A stretch of 64,000 bases of DNA from an uncultured Gammaproteobacteria bacterium (GTDB lineage Bacteria > Pseudomonadota > Gammaproteobacteria > JACCXJ01): contig CAVXTM010000013.1 of assembly GCA_963764725.1 (NCBI GenBank), positions 22,919 to 86,918 on the forward strand, read 5' to 3'. Under the pieces are notes generated by a model that saw only the letters and a program-made list of their open reading frames with translations, was not told the origin of the DNA and made no database searches. The position numbers and the translations under genes were made by a program. Positions within the stretch are counted from its first letter, which is position 1; the number at the start of each line of letters is the position of its first letter. Of this stretch, positions 10,335 to 19,334 are shown in pieces.

Positions 10335-10715
10335 TCATACCGGCTTACCAGAAACGTGGCTTGAGAAAAATGTGATTACATGCCCGGCTGGCTCGCGGAC
10401 AGTAAAAACCTCGTGATCGATAGCTGGCCGGGCCTCGATCGGTGATGGGACAAGCCCCAGAGACGTAAATCGCTGATGGATTGCATGCAGGTCATCAACC
10501 ATGAGGTCGAACGGGGCATTACCCACAACGATTTTGCTTTTTAGCATCAGGATCAAGTGCGTCCCGCCACGCAGTTCGTAGACGGAGACCTCCGGCCCCT
10601 GAAATATGGGGCGCATGCCAATTGTCCGCATGAAGTGAGCAGATTCCTCCATGCGGTCTGTCTCCAGAACGACGTGCGCCACGCCTAGCGGAGGGCGCTG
10701 ATCATGTTCGCTCAT
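10335..10715 (-). CDS. VOC/glyoxalase family protein, cassette
   Basis: VAHVVLETDRMEESAHF...FDLMVDDL...FTVREPAGHVITF. Confidence 0.85.
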   Translation of the reverse strand: MSEHDQRPPLGVAHVVLETDRMEESAHFMRTIGMRPIFQGPEVSVYELRGGTHLILMLKSKIVVGNAPFDLMVDDLHAIHQRFTSLGLVPSPIEARPAIDHEVFTVREPAGHVITFFSSHVSGKPV

Positions 10716-10724
10716 TTTCTTGGT

Positions 10725-10795
10725 GCCCAAACGCCTAGGTTAAGCCGACCGCGCGGGCTTCTTAGCGCGGGTAGGCTTTGAACCGATGGTTGGGG
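10725..10795 (-). other. attC site
   Basis: CCCCAAC...GTTTGGGC with ccgcgc/gcgcgg stem. Confidence 0.8.
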
Positions 10796-10799
10796 GCGG

Positions 10800-10937
10800 T
10801 CATTTGGGCTCAAGAGCGCCAGAAAGAACTACAGCCGCAAGAAATAAACCGAGAAGCATTACCGCTGCAGAAGCGATGAACCACTTCACCGTTTTACCGT
10901 ACTCTTGCTCGCTGTCGTCAGCATATTCATTCACACC
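10800..10937 (-). pseudogene. 3' remnant of a membrane-protein cassette
   Basis: ...EYGKTVKWFIASAAVMLLGLFLAAVVLSGALEPK* ends at the attC; 5' part appears lost. Confidence 0.45.
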
Positions 10938-10951
10938 TTACGAGATTTCGT

Positions 10952-11090
10952 ATGGGTTATAGAGGACCCCGGCTACTGGATCAGGTGGGGGATAAGTGTC
11001 GTCGGAAGAACTATAGCATCCGCACGGAACAAGCGTATATGGAATGGGTGAAGCGCTTTGTACTGCCCAGTACAAGGTACATCCAACCGG
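10952..11090 (+). pseudogene. intI: 5' fragment of an integron integrase
   Basis: [33 protein letters not shown] aligns with [33 protein letters not shown] of the 29931 intI. Confidence 0.85.
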
Positions 11091-11352
11091 CAGGCCAGAC
11101 GAGAGTGCTGGCTTAGCCCCCCTACCCCGCCTTGCGTGCCTTGGTCGAACGCGTTTCTGCCAATGTAACGCGCAACAGACTCGCAACAGCACCTGCGTGA
11201 TGCGTCACGGAACATTCAGGTCTCGCGCACCCGCGACCTGGCGTGGTACGATTGTTGAGCTTCCTAAAAAGAGGCGAGCAGCGTATCAACCGGAAACACG
11301 ACGAGCCGCCCCGAATATTGTTGCACCAGTACTAAAAGCACGGAGACCCGGC

Positions 11353-12846
11353 ATGGCTACCGATCCTCACATTACCGCTCCAACCCGTTCCTCGATGCCT
11401 GAGCAGGAGGTCGCCACGACCGTTGTGACGACACTCAAGAGTGAAAGCGCGTTGGCCGCGATGCTCAACCGGCAACGCGCCGCTTTCCTGCGCGACGGTT
11501 CGCCATCGCTCGCGCAGCGGCGCAGCGACTTGATGAAGCTCAAGCGGGCTCTGCAGGAGCGTAGGGAAGATTTCGTCGCCGCTATTAACGCCGACTTCGG
11601 CCACAGGTCGCGCCAGGAAACGTCGCTTCTCGAGATAGCGACTGTCGTCGACGGGGTTAAGTATCTCCACCGTAATCTCGCCCGATGGATGCGTCCCGAA
11701 AAACGGCGCGTGGCCTTGCAGTTCTTGCCGGGTTCAGCGCGCGTCGTCTATCAGCCGCTCGGTGTGGTCGGCATCATATCGCCGTGGAACTATCCCGCTG
11801 CCCTTGCGCTGATGCCGCTCGCCACGGCGCTCGCAGCCGGCAACCGCGCCATGATCAAGCCGTCGGAATTCACGCCGACCACGGCTGAACTAATGACATC
11901 GATGCTGGCTGACGTGTTCCAGCAAGATCAGGTGGCAGTCGTGACCGGCGACACGAGTGTCGGGGTGGCGTTCTCGAAGCTCGCGTTCGATCACCTCCTG
12001 TTTACGGGAAGCACGCCGGTGGGTCGCGCTGTCATGCACGCGGCCAGCGAAAACCTGGTGCCGGTGACTTTAGAGCTCGGCGGGAAATCGCCCGTTATCG
12101 TCGAGCAAGGCTCTTCCCTTCGGATAGCTGCACGGCGCATCGCATACGGTAAGCTGACCAACGCCGGCCAGACCTGTATCGCACCCGACTATGTGCTGGT
12201 GGCCGAGCAAGAGGTCGAGGATTTCGTTGCCGCGTATACGGGCGAGATCGCGAAGCTCTATCCCGATATAGTTGCGAATCCCGACTACACGTCGATCGTC
12301 AATGACCGCCACCATGCGCGGCTGTTGGATTTGCTGGATGATGCCCGCGCGAAGGGTGGTCGCGTCATAGAGATCGGCGCGGAAGCAGACGACGGCGCTA
12401 GCGTGCACCGGCGCACGATGGCACCGGCGGTCGTGCTCGATGTGACCGACGAGATGAGCGTGATGAAGGATGAGATCTTCGGTCCGATCCTGCCGGTGGT
12501 GCCCTATCGCAAGCTCGAAGACGCCGTCGCCTACGTCAACGCACGACCGAGGCCATTGGCGCTGTACTTTTTCGGACCGGACGGCCCCGGCCGCAGGCTA
12601 GTTCTCGAACGCACGACGTCCGGCGGCGTCGCGATCAACGAGACCATTCTGCACTATGCGGTGGACGATATTCCGTTCGGTGGCGTAGGCGCCAGCGGAA
12701 TGGGTGCGTACCACGGGCACGAGGGCTTCAAGACCATGAGCCACGCTAAGGGTATCTTCGAACAGGCAAGGCTCAATTTCACCGACGTCATACGCCCGCC
12801 TTTCGGTAGGTTATTCGAACGCATTGTCGATTTCCTGCTGCGCTGA
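11353..12846 (+). CDS. Coniferyl-aldehyde-type aldehyde dehydrogenase
   Basis: ISPWNYP, FTGST, LELGGKSP, NAGQTCIAPDY, EIFGP, PFGGVGASGMG. Confidence 0.9.
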   Translation: MATDPHITAPTRSSMPEQEVATTVVTTLKSESALAAMLNRQRAAFLRDGSPSLAQRRSDLMKLKRALQERREDFVAAINADFGHRSRQETSLLEIATVVDGVKYLHRNLARWMRPEKRRVALQFLPGSARVVYQPLGVVGIISPWNYPAALALMPLATALAAGNRAMIKPSEFTPTTAELMTSMLADVFQQDQVAVVTGDTSVGVAFSKLAFDHLLFTGSTPVGRAVMHAASENLVPVTLELGGKSPVIVEQGSSLRIAARRIAYGKLTNAGQTCIAPDYVLVAEQEVEDFVAAYTGEIAKLYPDIVANPDYTSIVNDRHHARLLDLLDDARAKGGRVIEIGAEADDGASVHRRTMAPAVVLDVTDEMSVMKDEIFGPILPVVPYRKLEDAVAYVNARPRPLALYFFGPDGPGRRLVLERTTSGGVAINETILHYAVDDIPFGGVGASGMGAYHGHEGFKTMSHAKGIFEQARLNFTDVIRPPFGRLFERIVDFLLR

Positions 12847-12857
12847 TTGCCGGCCCC

Positions 12858-12923
12858 GTTGACCTGCCGGCCCAGCGGGCGCAGCCCGCTCGCGAAGGTC
12901 GACGTCGAACGGGTGTTTATGCC
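12858..12923 (-). other. Degenerate attC of the TIR cassette
   Basis: GGCATAAAC-acccgttcgac...ggtcaac arms present; R' box not clear. Confidence 0.45.
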
Positions 12924-13705
12924 CCAGCATCTGGCCTCAATGCCGTGCGTCGAAGTATCTCCGTCTCAACTTCACTCGCGATACGTCGCTCGAGCTCGCG
13001 GGGATGCGGTCTGGCGCTTTCAATTAATCTCCCACGCTCCGAACGCCGTCGCAACAACCAAGCGAGGCATGCCGCTACGGCCACAAGTAAGGCTAGCGGA
13101 AGTAGGAGGTTTTTCCTGAGCAGCAGATCGAATACCTCTGGGCGCGCTGGAGAAGGGAGAGGTGTCGGTACCGGTGGTCCGGGTGTTGGGGTTGGTGTAG
13201 GGAGCTGCGGGGCGTCCAGGGTGAACAGGCTCAGGGCCACAGCAGCAACGAAAACCGCCGCGAGTCCAGCAAATGATAGCCAACGACCGGACTTCGCCGA
13301 CGGTGGCGCGCTTGCCCTAACGTCGTTAGGCGACGAAACGATTGAGCTGTGGTTGGGGCCCACCGTTCCTCGAAAGTCGATCCACTGAAATTCACCCAAC
13401 TCTGGGGGTAAAGGAGTGGCATCCAGTAGCAGGGGCAAAAGATCCTTTTCTTGCTCAATGGCCGCTTTCCACTCCTTTGATACCTCGCCGGATCGACTCG
13501 CGTGATCGCACCAAAATACAACGACCAAATGGGATTCAGCTAGGCCTCTGGCAATTTCGCTTCGCCACCTCTTGCCCGGCTGAATGCCATCAATGTCCTG
13601 GAAGACGAGGGATTTGTTAACGCGGAGGAGTTTCACTACCGGAGCAACCAGCGACTCGTCAGCATGGCTATAGGACACGAAGACGTTTGTGCTCTGGCTA
13701 GGCAT
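12917..13705 (-). CDS. TIR domain protein with two C-terminal TM helices, cassette
   Basis: VFVSYSHAD...FQDIDGIQPGKRW...SGEVSKEW...QWIDFR, then two hydrophobic helices separated by a Pro/Thr linker. Confidence 0.85.
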   Translation of the reverse strand: MPSQSTNVFVSYSHADESLVAPVVKLLRVNKSLVFQDIDGIQPGKRWRSEIARGLAESHLVVVFWCDHASRSGEVSKEWKAAIEQEKDLLPLLLDATPLPPELGEFQWIDFRGTVGPNHSSIVSSPNDVRASAPPSAKSGRWLSFAGLAAVFVAAVALSLFTLDAPQLPTPTPTPGPPVPTPLPSPARPEVFDLLLRKNLLLPLALLVAVAACLAWLLRRRSERGRLIESARPHPRELERRIASEVETEILRRTALRPDAGA

Positions 13706-13752
13706 CGTCAAGCCAAATGCTGGTTGGACCGGTGCATGAATCTAGTTCAGGG

Positions 13753-13848
13753 TCATAACGTTTCAGGTGAGCGGGCGCCGCGGCGCGAAGCGAAGCGGGA
13801 ACCCAACAGCAACGCTGTTGGGCGCTCCGCTCGACCTGATGGTTCAAT
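13753..13848 (-). other. attC site
   Basis: ATTGAAC...GTTATGA; arms caggtcgagcgg / ccgctcacctg; overlaps the SMR stop. Confidence 0.85.
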
Positions 13849-14170
13849 GTTTTGCCCCACTGAGATTGAGGCCCACCACACCAGCGACGATTAACAGAAT
13901 GCTGATGAGTTTGAGAACAGTAGCCGCTTCGCGAAAATACAGAATTCCGATTGCCGCGATAAGGGCGGTACCGACACCAGCCCACACGGCGTACGCGACA
14001 CTAACCTCGATCTTTTCCAGTGCGAAGGTGAGCGCCACAAACGACGCCGCATAAAGCGCGAACAGCAGCACTGAAGGAACAAGCTTGGTAAAGCCCTCGG
14101 AGAGTTTCATTGAGATAGTGCCCGCTACCTCAAGGGCGATAGCACCAGCAAGAAAGAACCAGTGTTGCAT
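13844..14170 (-). CDS. SMR family multidrug efflux transporter, cassette
   Basis: WFFLAGAIALEVAGTISMKLSEGF, AYAVWAGVGT; 108 aa, four TM. Confidence 0.93.
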   Translation of the reverse strand: MQHWFFLAGAIALEVAGTISMKLSEGFTKLVPSVLLFALYAASFVALTFALEKIEVSVAYAVWAGVGTALIAAIGILYFREAATVLKLISILLIVAGVVGLNLSGAKH

Positions 14171-14198
14171 TGAAGACCCCCCTGGTTTGGCTTAACCA

Positions 14199-14265
14199 GC
14201 ATAACGATAGAGTTAACCGGCGCGCGCCGCTTTTACGCGCGTTCGGGTTGAACGACGGGTTAGCT
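14199..14265 (-). other. attC site
   Basis: AGCTAAC...GTTATGC with cgcgcg stem. Confidence 0.85.
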
Positions 14266-14316
14266 TCTGGAATGTTAGACCCGACCTCATTTTTCCGTGA
14301 TTGTAAACAAAACTGG

Positions 14317-14814
14317 CTAGTTGGGTTCGCAGGGCTTGTTCTCATATTGATGTCGCTGCAACACATATTCGCTGCCATTCCAACGCTCAACTGGAAAACA
14401 GAAGCCTGGGGCCCCAATTTCGATGTCTGGCCAACCACCAATCCCCTTAGTGGGAAGGAAATTGGGGATGCCTGTACCGCTGGTGATCAGTTTCCAACCA
14501 CCATTGGCCTGCTTGCTGACGAGGCTGTAACCGGTACCGGTATTGCCGTAGCAATATGTGCCACCTTCGGTGACGACCGCCTCTAAGCGTCCGTCACCAT
14601 TGAGGTCACGCACTTCCTCAATCGTCCCCGGCGTATACGAAGGCGTGCCAGGGTCGCCGCAGTCGCTCCGCCATTGTTTACCCTTGAGGGTGTAACCGGC
14701 CGCCTTGAATGCGGCGGCCTCGTCAGTGGGTGAAAGCTGCGCTGGCGAGGCGGGCGCGGGAGTACTAATAAATAACATTATCGACACGCTTATAAACAAG
14801 ATGCTTGGTTTCAT
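14317..14814 (-). CDS. Secreted hypothetical protein with a DLNGDG (FG-GAP-like) loop
   Basis: Signal peptide, VRDLNGDGRLEAVV, four Cys. Confidence 0.7.
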   Translation of the reverse strand: MKPSILFISVSIMLFISTPAPASPAQLSPTDEAAAFKAAGYTLKGKQWRSDCGDPGTPSYTPGTIEEVRDLNGDGRLEAVVTEGGTYCYGNTGTGYSLVSKQANGGWKLITSGTGIPNFLPTKGIGGWPDIEIGAPGFCFPVERWNGSEYVLQRHQYENKPCEPN

Positions 14815-14859
14815 TTAGGTTTCTTCCTTTTTATTTTGGGTAGTACGTCGGCTTTTGAC

Positions 14860-14989
14860 GCACACAGGGGGGCGCACCGTAGTATCCTGCGGCAAGAGTG
14901 GGACGGTTCAGGAGGTCCATTATAGCTATAAAAGGATTACAAAAAATGGGAATCGTTCTTGGTTGGAAAGGCGGCCAGGAGCAAGTTGC
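14860..14989. repeat. Diverged copy of the intI upstream region and first codons
   Basis: Colinear with 29845-29974 (gcacacagggg...cattatagcta...atgggaatcgttcttggttggaaag...ggagcaagttgc). Confidence 0.9.
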
Positions 14990-15069
14990 CAGCGCAACTG
15001 CTGCGAAGCATAGACAAATATATCGTGGTCTGTCCTAATTCCCGCGGCGCTTTTCATGCAGCCTTGCCC

Positions 15070-16083
15070 TCATTTGGCACAGTCCTCGGACTGGTAAAAC
15101 AGTCTGAGTCCCTCGACCAACCGCGCGAACATTCGCTCGAAAAGGACTGGATCCTCCCACCCACGAAAGGGGAGGACGCTGTACTTGGCGATTTGAGTCC
15201 GAAGCTTCTGGGACCAGTCGCAGTCCTGCCACGTGTCGTCGAGTGCGATCGGACAAAGGACGTGACGGCGGAGCTCCTTCTCAAGTGTTCGAGCGCGATT
15301 TGCTTCGTCCTCAACCCAATCACTCTGCACAGACTTGCGTGATAGAACCAGCAAGACCGTCGGGTTCAGCCGCATTGCCCGGTCGACGATCTTGTCAAGA
15401 GGGCCTGCGGTAACGTCGTGAATATCACGCCAGAATCTAATTCGTTTTTCATCGAGCCGCTTAGCGAGTGCATCGACGAATTTCCGGTCAGCATGGGTGT
15501 ACGAGATGAATAGTGAGCTGACTTGGATTGGGCTTCCCGCGCGGAGATCGAACACCCGTTGCTGAATGTCGATGATTCCTGCCGGTGAAAGGCCAGGGTC
15601 GTATAGCTTGGCCGCCTCGATTTCCCAATCGCTGAGACCACATCCGCGCAGAAATACCGCGGAGATATTTCCCTTCGACTTAAGCAGTGTGCTGACGCTG
15701 ATAGTGCTGGGGCCTTCATGGCCTACAGAGTCAAGGCCCTTCGTCTCCTATAGGTCAACGTCCGCAAAAATGGCATGACCGCACAAGGCTTCCTTTAGAT
15801 CCGTCCCAACCAAGTCTGTCCCGTGCAGAAGTGTCTTGGGTCCGAGCATTGCGGCCCGAAGGTTTGCCCGACGCAGGTCCGCCCGGGTCAGATCTGCTCC
15901 GTTGAACTCCACGCCGGTCAGGTTGGCTCCACGAAGATCCGCACCGCTCAAGTCCATGCCCCGGAGGCTCCATTCCACCCTTGCATCCTGTAACTCGAGC
16001 TGCGCATGCGGGTGAAGTGTTTTCCATTCAGCGAGCGCTCTGGCGCCGCGCTTGAGGAGTTCCACGTGTTCCGGGTTGGCCAT
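15070..16083 (-). pseudogene. Pentapeptide-repeat-TIR protein with one in-frame TAG
   Basis: One 338-codon frame: ANPEH, ADLRGANL repeats, TAG at 15748-15750, ETKGLDSVGHEGPSTI, then TIR LFISYTHAD...SDWVEDE. Confidence 0.88.
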
Positions 16084-16123
16084 GCGAGTTTCCTATCGAA
16101 ATCGTCTACCCTTCGGCTCATAC

Positions 16124-16190
16124 GCCGAACGCTCACGTTGACCGGCCGCGGCGAGCGAAGGCGAGCCAGCGGTCCGGTCGAACGTGCTGT
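16124..16190 (-). other. attC site split by a group II intron (remaining R'' bases at 16658-16662)
   Basis: Removing 16191-16657 restores GT|TGGGC; arms ttgaccgg / ccggtcgaa. Confidence 0.88.
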
Positions 16191-16657
16191 GTACGCCCGA
16201 CATGGGCATGAACTGATGGGGTGAAAGTCCTCTGTAGGAGTACAAAATGTCCACGTGGTGGACGACTATAACTACTAGCCGACGGCAAGGGCAAAGCCCG
16301 CGAGGGATTGTCTGAAGGAAGCCCGAGCGCAAAGGTGCGAGCCGACGGACAGAAATCGCATAGAAGGCTCAGTCTCCGGGCGCAAGGCCTATTGGCACTT
16401 GTCGTCGAAGACCTTGGCGACACAAACTGGGATGACAATCGCCTGGCGACCCGCCAGGGCTTGATATCCGTGCGTGCGCTTTGGATGCGCTGATGTTCTC
16501 GTGTGCTCCACTTTTGTGACCGTTCCGCCAGGAGCGGAACGGGACGCTTTAGCGCCCGCAGAGTGCGCACCATCGATGGCGGGCATCAGGCCCCGGTGCG
16601 GACCCGCGTGCCGTGGTGGTGTGGGGACTGGGGGCTAAACACCCCCGGTTACCCGAT
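16191..16657 (+). mobile_element. Internally deleted group IIC-attC intron
   Basis: 5' GTACGCCCGACATGGGC...GGGGTGAAAGTCC; DV/DVI 3' end ggccccggtgcggacccgcgtgccgtggtggtgtgggg...ttacccgAT; short maturase tail (KTLATQTGMT, QGLISVRALW). Confidence 0.9.
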
Positions 16658-16663
16658 TGGGCA

Positions 16664-17212
16664 TCAAAACGCACTTAGTGGACACAGGGCCAGTAGGGCA
16701 AGTCCAGACTGGCCAACGAAACCGTAATAACCGCGACGAGCGGCAGTAACTCGCCGACTACCTGTCCCGTGCCCACCGAAGCTGAACTCCATATCTCCGG
16801 CGAAGAAATTCGCGTGTGCAAACTGCTCTACTGTTTGAAGCGGTAGCCCGGCGCCTTTCATGAAAACGCCCGCAAGACAATCAGCCTGCAACTCTGCCGC
16901 AGTGCCACTGACCTTGCCCTGAACCATATGGCCCCACTCATGAGCGAGAATTCCGGTCGCAGCCCATGAGCCAAAGGTGGCGGCTATTTCATCGAGCCAT
17001 CCCTGATCTGCCCATACAATGCCTCGCTGTCTGTCAGCGAATGCATTGTTTGACCCTGGGGGAATTTGGCAAATTGGTATGCCCGTGCCCCAGAACGAGT
17101 TCAGCGCTTGAAGATCATCATACGCATGATCTACTGGAATGCACTGTGCGTATGAAGGGGGAGCAAACGCGGAAAAGCCGAGAAGCAGCAATAGACAACA
17201 AGCGTTCTTCAT
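16664..17212 (-). CDS. Secreted neutral zinc metallopeptidase, cassette
   Basis: Signal peptide, LAHEWGH, ELQADCLAG, HGT. Confidence 0.85.
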   Translation of the reverse strand: MKNACCLLLLLGFSAFAPPSYAQCIPVDHAYDDLQALNSFWGTGIPICQIPPGSNNAFADRQRGIVWADQGWLDEIAATFGSWAATGILAHEWGHMVQGKVSGTAAELQADCLAGVFMKGAGLPLQTVEQFAHANFFAGDMEFSFGGHGTGSRRVTAARRGYYGFVGQSGLALLALCPLSAF

Positions 17213-17253
17213 GTCAATGCCTCCCTTCAGTATGAATTCGCAACTACCGTGAG

Positions 17254-17347
17254 GCCCAAACGTTGGGCATAACCGGGCGCCGGCGCGCGAAGCGCGACGG
17301 GTACCAAACAGCGCTGTTTGGCGCTCCGGTTCACGCCGGGGTTAGGC
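17254..17347 (-). other. attC site
   Basis: GCCTAAC...GTTTGGGC, arms accggagcgcc / ggcgcccggtt. Confidence 0.85.
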
Positions 17348-17399
17348 GCCCCCTTCGCTTACCGGTCTCTAGCTCGGTCTCGCGGTGCCGGTAACACCC

Positions 17400-17638
17400 T
17401 CAGTCCAGCTTACGAACCAAGCGATAGACAGCAATTAGAACTCCGAATCCGAAGTACATCCCCAACAACGCAACAAGCATTAGTATCCCCATCTCGAAGC
17501 TTATTATTTTCGTTTGCGACAGAAAAATAATCGTGCCAACGAGACCAGCAAACGAAGCAGCGATGACAGCGACAGCCTTTAGCGTTCTATTTTTTTCATA
17601 GGTTATGCGGGACGCCCAATGGATGAGCCTGAGCATCC
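17400..17638 (-). pseudogene. Small two-TM membrane protein cassette, disrupted at its 5' side
   Basis: Two hydrophobic helices ending before the attC; upstream sequence is an IS remnant. Confidence 0.55.
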
Positions 17639-17806
17639 TGAACCGCCCGGGATCTCCGGAGACTGTTTGATTTGAGTCAAGCCGCCATGGCCGACTCTTC
17701 CGATTGACGATAGTACACCTCTTCGAGATCTTCGAGCCGATCGACAACATCGCTGCCCATTGCGATTCGTATTCGGCCTCGTGCTCGAAGACCATCCGAA
17801 CCGCCC
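17639..17806 (-). mobile_element. IS3-family (IS51/IS629-like) deletion remnant
   Basis: Terminal TGAACCGCCCGGGATCTCCGGAG and OrfA fragment RAVRMVFEHEAEYESQWAAMLSIGSKI. Confidence 0.75.
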
Positions 17807-17913
17807 GTCCGCCCTCCTACACCACCGGGCATACGGATCACGTACAGGGCCCGACCGCTCATTCATTCGGGATTAAGCCGGGAGGTTGGCAGCATATCAA
17901 GCTTACCCTTGAC

Positions 17914-17986
17914 GCCCAACGTGCGAATTCAGCGGACGGCAAAAAGCGCAGCTTTTTGGCGCGTCCGGTGGAGCGCCTTGTTCGGC
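17914..17986 (-). other. attC site
   Basis: GCCGAAC...GTTGGGC with aaaaagc/gcttttt stem. Confidence 0.85.
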
Positions 17987-18005
17987 CAATGGAGCATCGA
18001 TGATG

Positions 18006-18353
18006 CTACGCCGCCTGCAGGACGAACTCGACCTTCACTACCTGGAACGGGAACTCGACGCTACCATCAGCGGTGCGGTTGAGCACACCGGCATTTAGCA
18101 GCGCTGTCACATCTCTATGCACGGCCTTCACATCGCGCCCCACGCGCCGCGCCGCCTCGCGGATCGACACCGGGCCCGCGCCAGACAGAACCTTGAGCAG
18201 TTCCCATCGCTTGGCCGTGAGCACCTGCCACAACAACTCGGGCGTCGCAAAGCTTATGCGCGCCTCGCGCTCGGCGCGACCCGTCTTCATCGCCCGCGCT
18301 GCATCGGCCAGCGTCCCGGCCAGAGACCGCACCTCAAGGACGACCGTGTTCAT
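18006..18353 (-). CDS. HTH antitoxin (HVO_A0114-like/TumA-like)
   Basis: ISFATPELLWQVLTAKRWELL...SIREAARRVGRDVKAVHRDV; overlaps the upstream toxin. Confidence 0.8.
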   Translation of the reverse strand: MNTVVLEVRSLAGTLADAARAMKTGRAEREARISFATPELLWQVLTAKRWELLKVLSGAGPVSIREAARRVGRDVKAVHRDVTALLNAGVLNRTADGSVEFPFQVVKVEFVLQAA

Positions 18354-18630
18354 GATTCCACCTCGCAATGTCGGCATTGAAGTCCGTCATCAGTTGATCT
18401 GGCGTTGAAAAGACGTAAGGCGCTTCCACCGTGCCGACGTGCCGGTGATCGCCTTTGCCGCGTTCGTTGTCGTAACGCAGCACGCACTGGCCGGCCACCA
18501 CATACGCGAGCCGATACTTGAAGCCATGTCTGAAGGGCGACACCGGCCGCGATACGCGCCATATCGCCACTTCGGCGAACGCGTCCTCGGCGAGCACGAC
18601 ACGGCGGCGTATCAGTGCGACGGCTTTCAT
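18334..18630 (-). CDS. DUF6516/TumE-family toxin
   Basis: HGFKYRLAY...VLRYDNERGKGDHRH. Confidence 0.8.
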   Translation of the reverse strand: MKAVALIRRRVVLAEDAFAEVAIWRVSRPVSPFRHGFKYRLAYVVAGQCVLRYDNERGKGDHRHVGTVEAPYVFSTPDQLMTDFNADIARWNHEHGRP

Positions 18631-18637
18631 GTTGGAG

Positions 18638-18666
18638 AAGATAACAACACATGCGATTGTTGTCAA
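18638..18666 (-). promoter_or_regulatory. Sigma70 promoter of the TA cassette
   Basis: TTGACA-17 bp-TATCTT, 7 nt before the ATG, overlapped by inverted repeat ACAACA/TGTTGT. Confidence 0.7.
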
Positions 18667-18700
18667 TTACTCCAACGCTCTGGAAGAACTGGGTCGTGGA

Positions 18701-18784
18701 GCCGAACGCTCAAGCTCACCCGCGGCTCTGCCGGAGCGGTGAAGCCGCGCAGGCAGAGCCGTCGAGTGGAGCGCCTGGTTGGGC
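18701..18784 (-). other. attC site
   Basis: GCCCAAC...GTTCGGC, stem ggctctgcc/ggcagagcc. Confidence 0.88.
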
Positions 18785-18818
18785 GTCAGCCCGTAGACAG
18801 AAGGGAGCAACTGGTCTC

Positions 18819-19283
18819 TCATCGTGCCCGTGCCGCCCAGCCAGCACTCCATTGACCACGCCGGGTGTAGAAGTACACCGCCATACACCAGTCGTATGCG
18901 GCACAGAAAACCCCATAAGCCAGCGGTATCTCGGCCATGGTACTTGTGCCGACGATCTCTATGCCTGCGTGTACATGAAGCTCATGGAGTAGATCCCAAA
19001 GGCCGTGTAAGACGTACCCAAGCATAAGCACGACAGGTATTCGAATGCCGAGAATGCCAAGAACCGCGAAAACGATCACGGCGCTGGCTTCGAGTCGCCA
19101 TGCCTCTTCATTGCCAAAGTGTGCCGTGAACGCTAGGTAGAAACCCGCGATTGGAGCGAGGAGCAGACCGAAGAAAATCTGCTCCGCTTTCGCGGAGAGT
19201 AGCTTCCTCGAAATGGCGATGGACCCGGCCGCTGACATCAGTCCAATGCCCACGTACAGGATGATGATCACGAACAGCGCCAC
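18819..19283 (-). CDS. Multi-pass membrane protein (DUF6010-like), cassette
   Basis: Hydrophobic ORF with LHGLWDLLH and YGVFCAAYDW; GTG start after a G/A-rich RBS. Confidence 0.7.
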   Translation of the reverse strand: MALFVIIILYVGIGLMSAAGSIAISRKLLSAKAEQIFFGLLLAPIAGFYLAFTAHFGNEEAWRLEASAVIVFAVLGILGIRIPVVLMLGYVLHGLWDLLHELHVHAGIEIVGTSTMAEIPLAYGVFCAAYDWCMAVYFYTRRGQWSAGWAARAR

Positions 19284-19334
19284 GTCTGCTCCCTCCCCGC
19301 TTAACGCCTGCCTTCCGTCACTGCCCCGTCTGAC

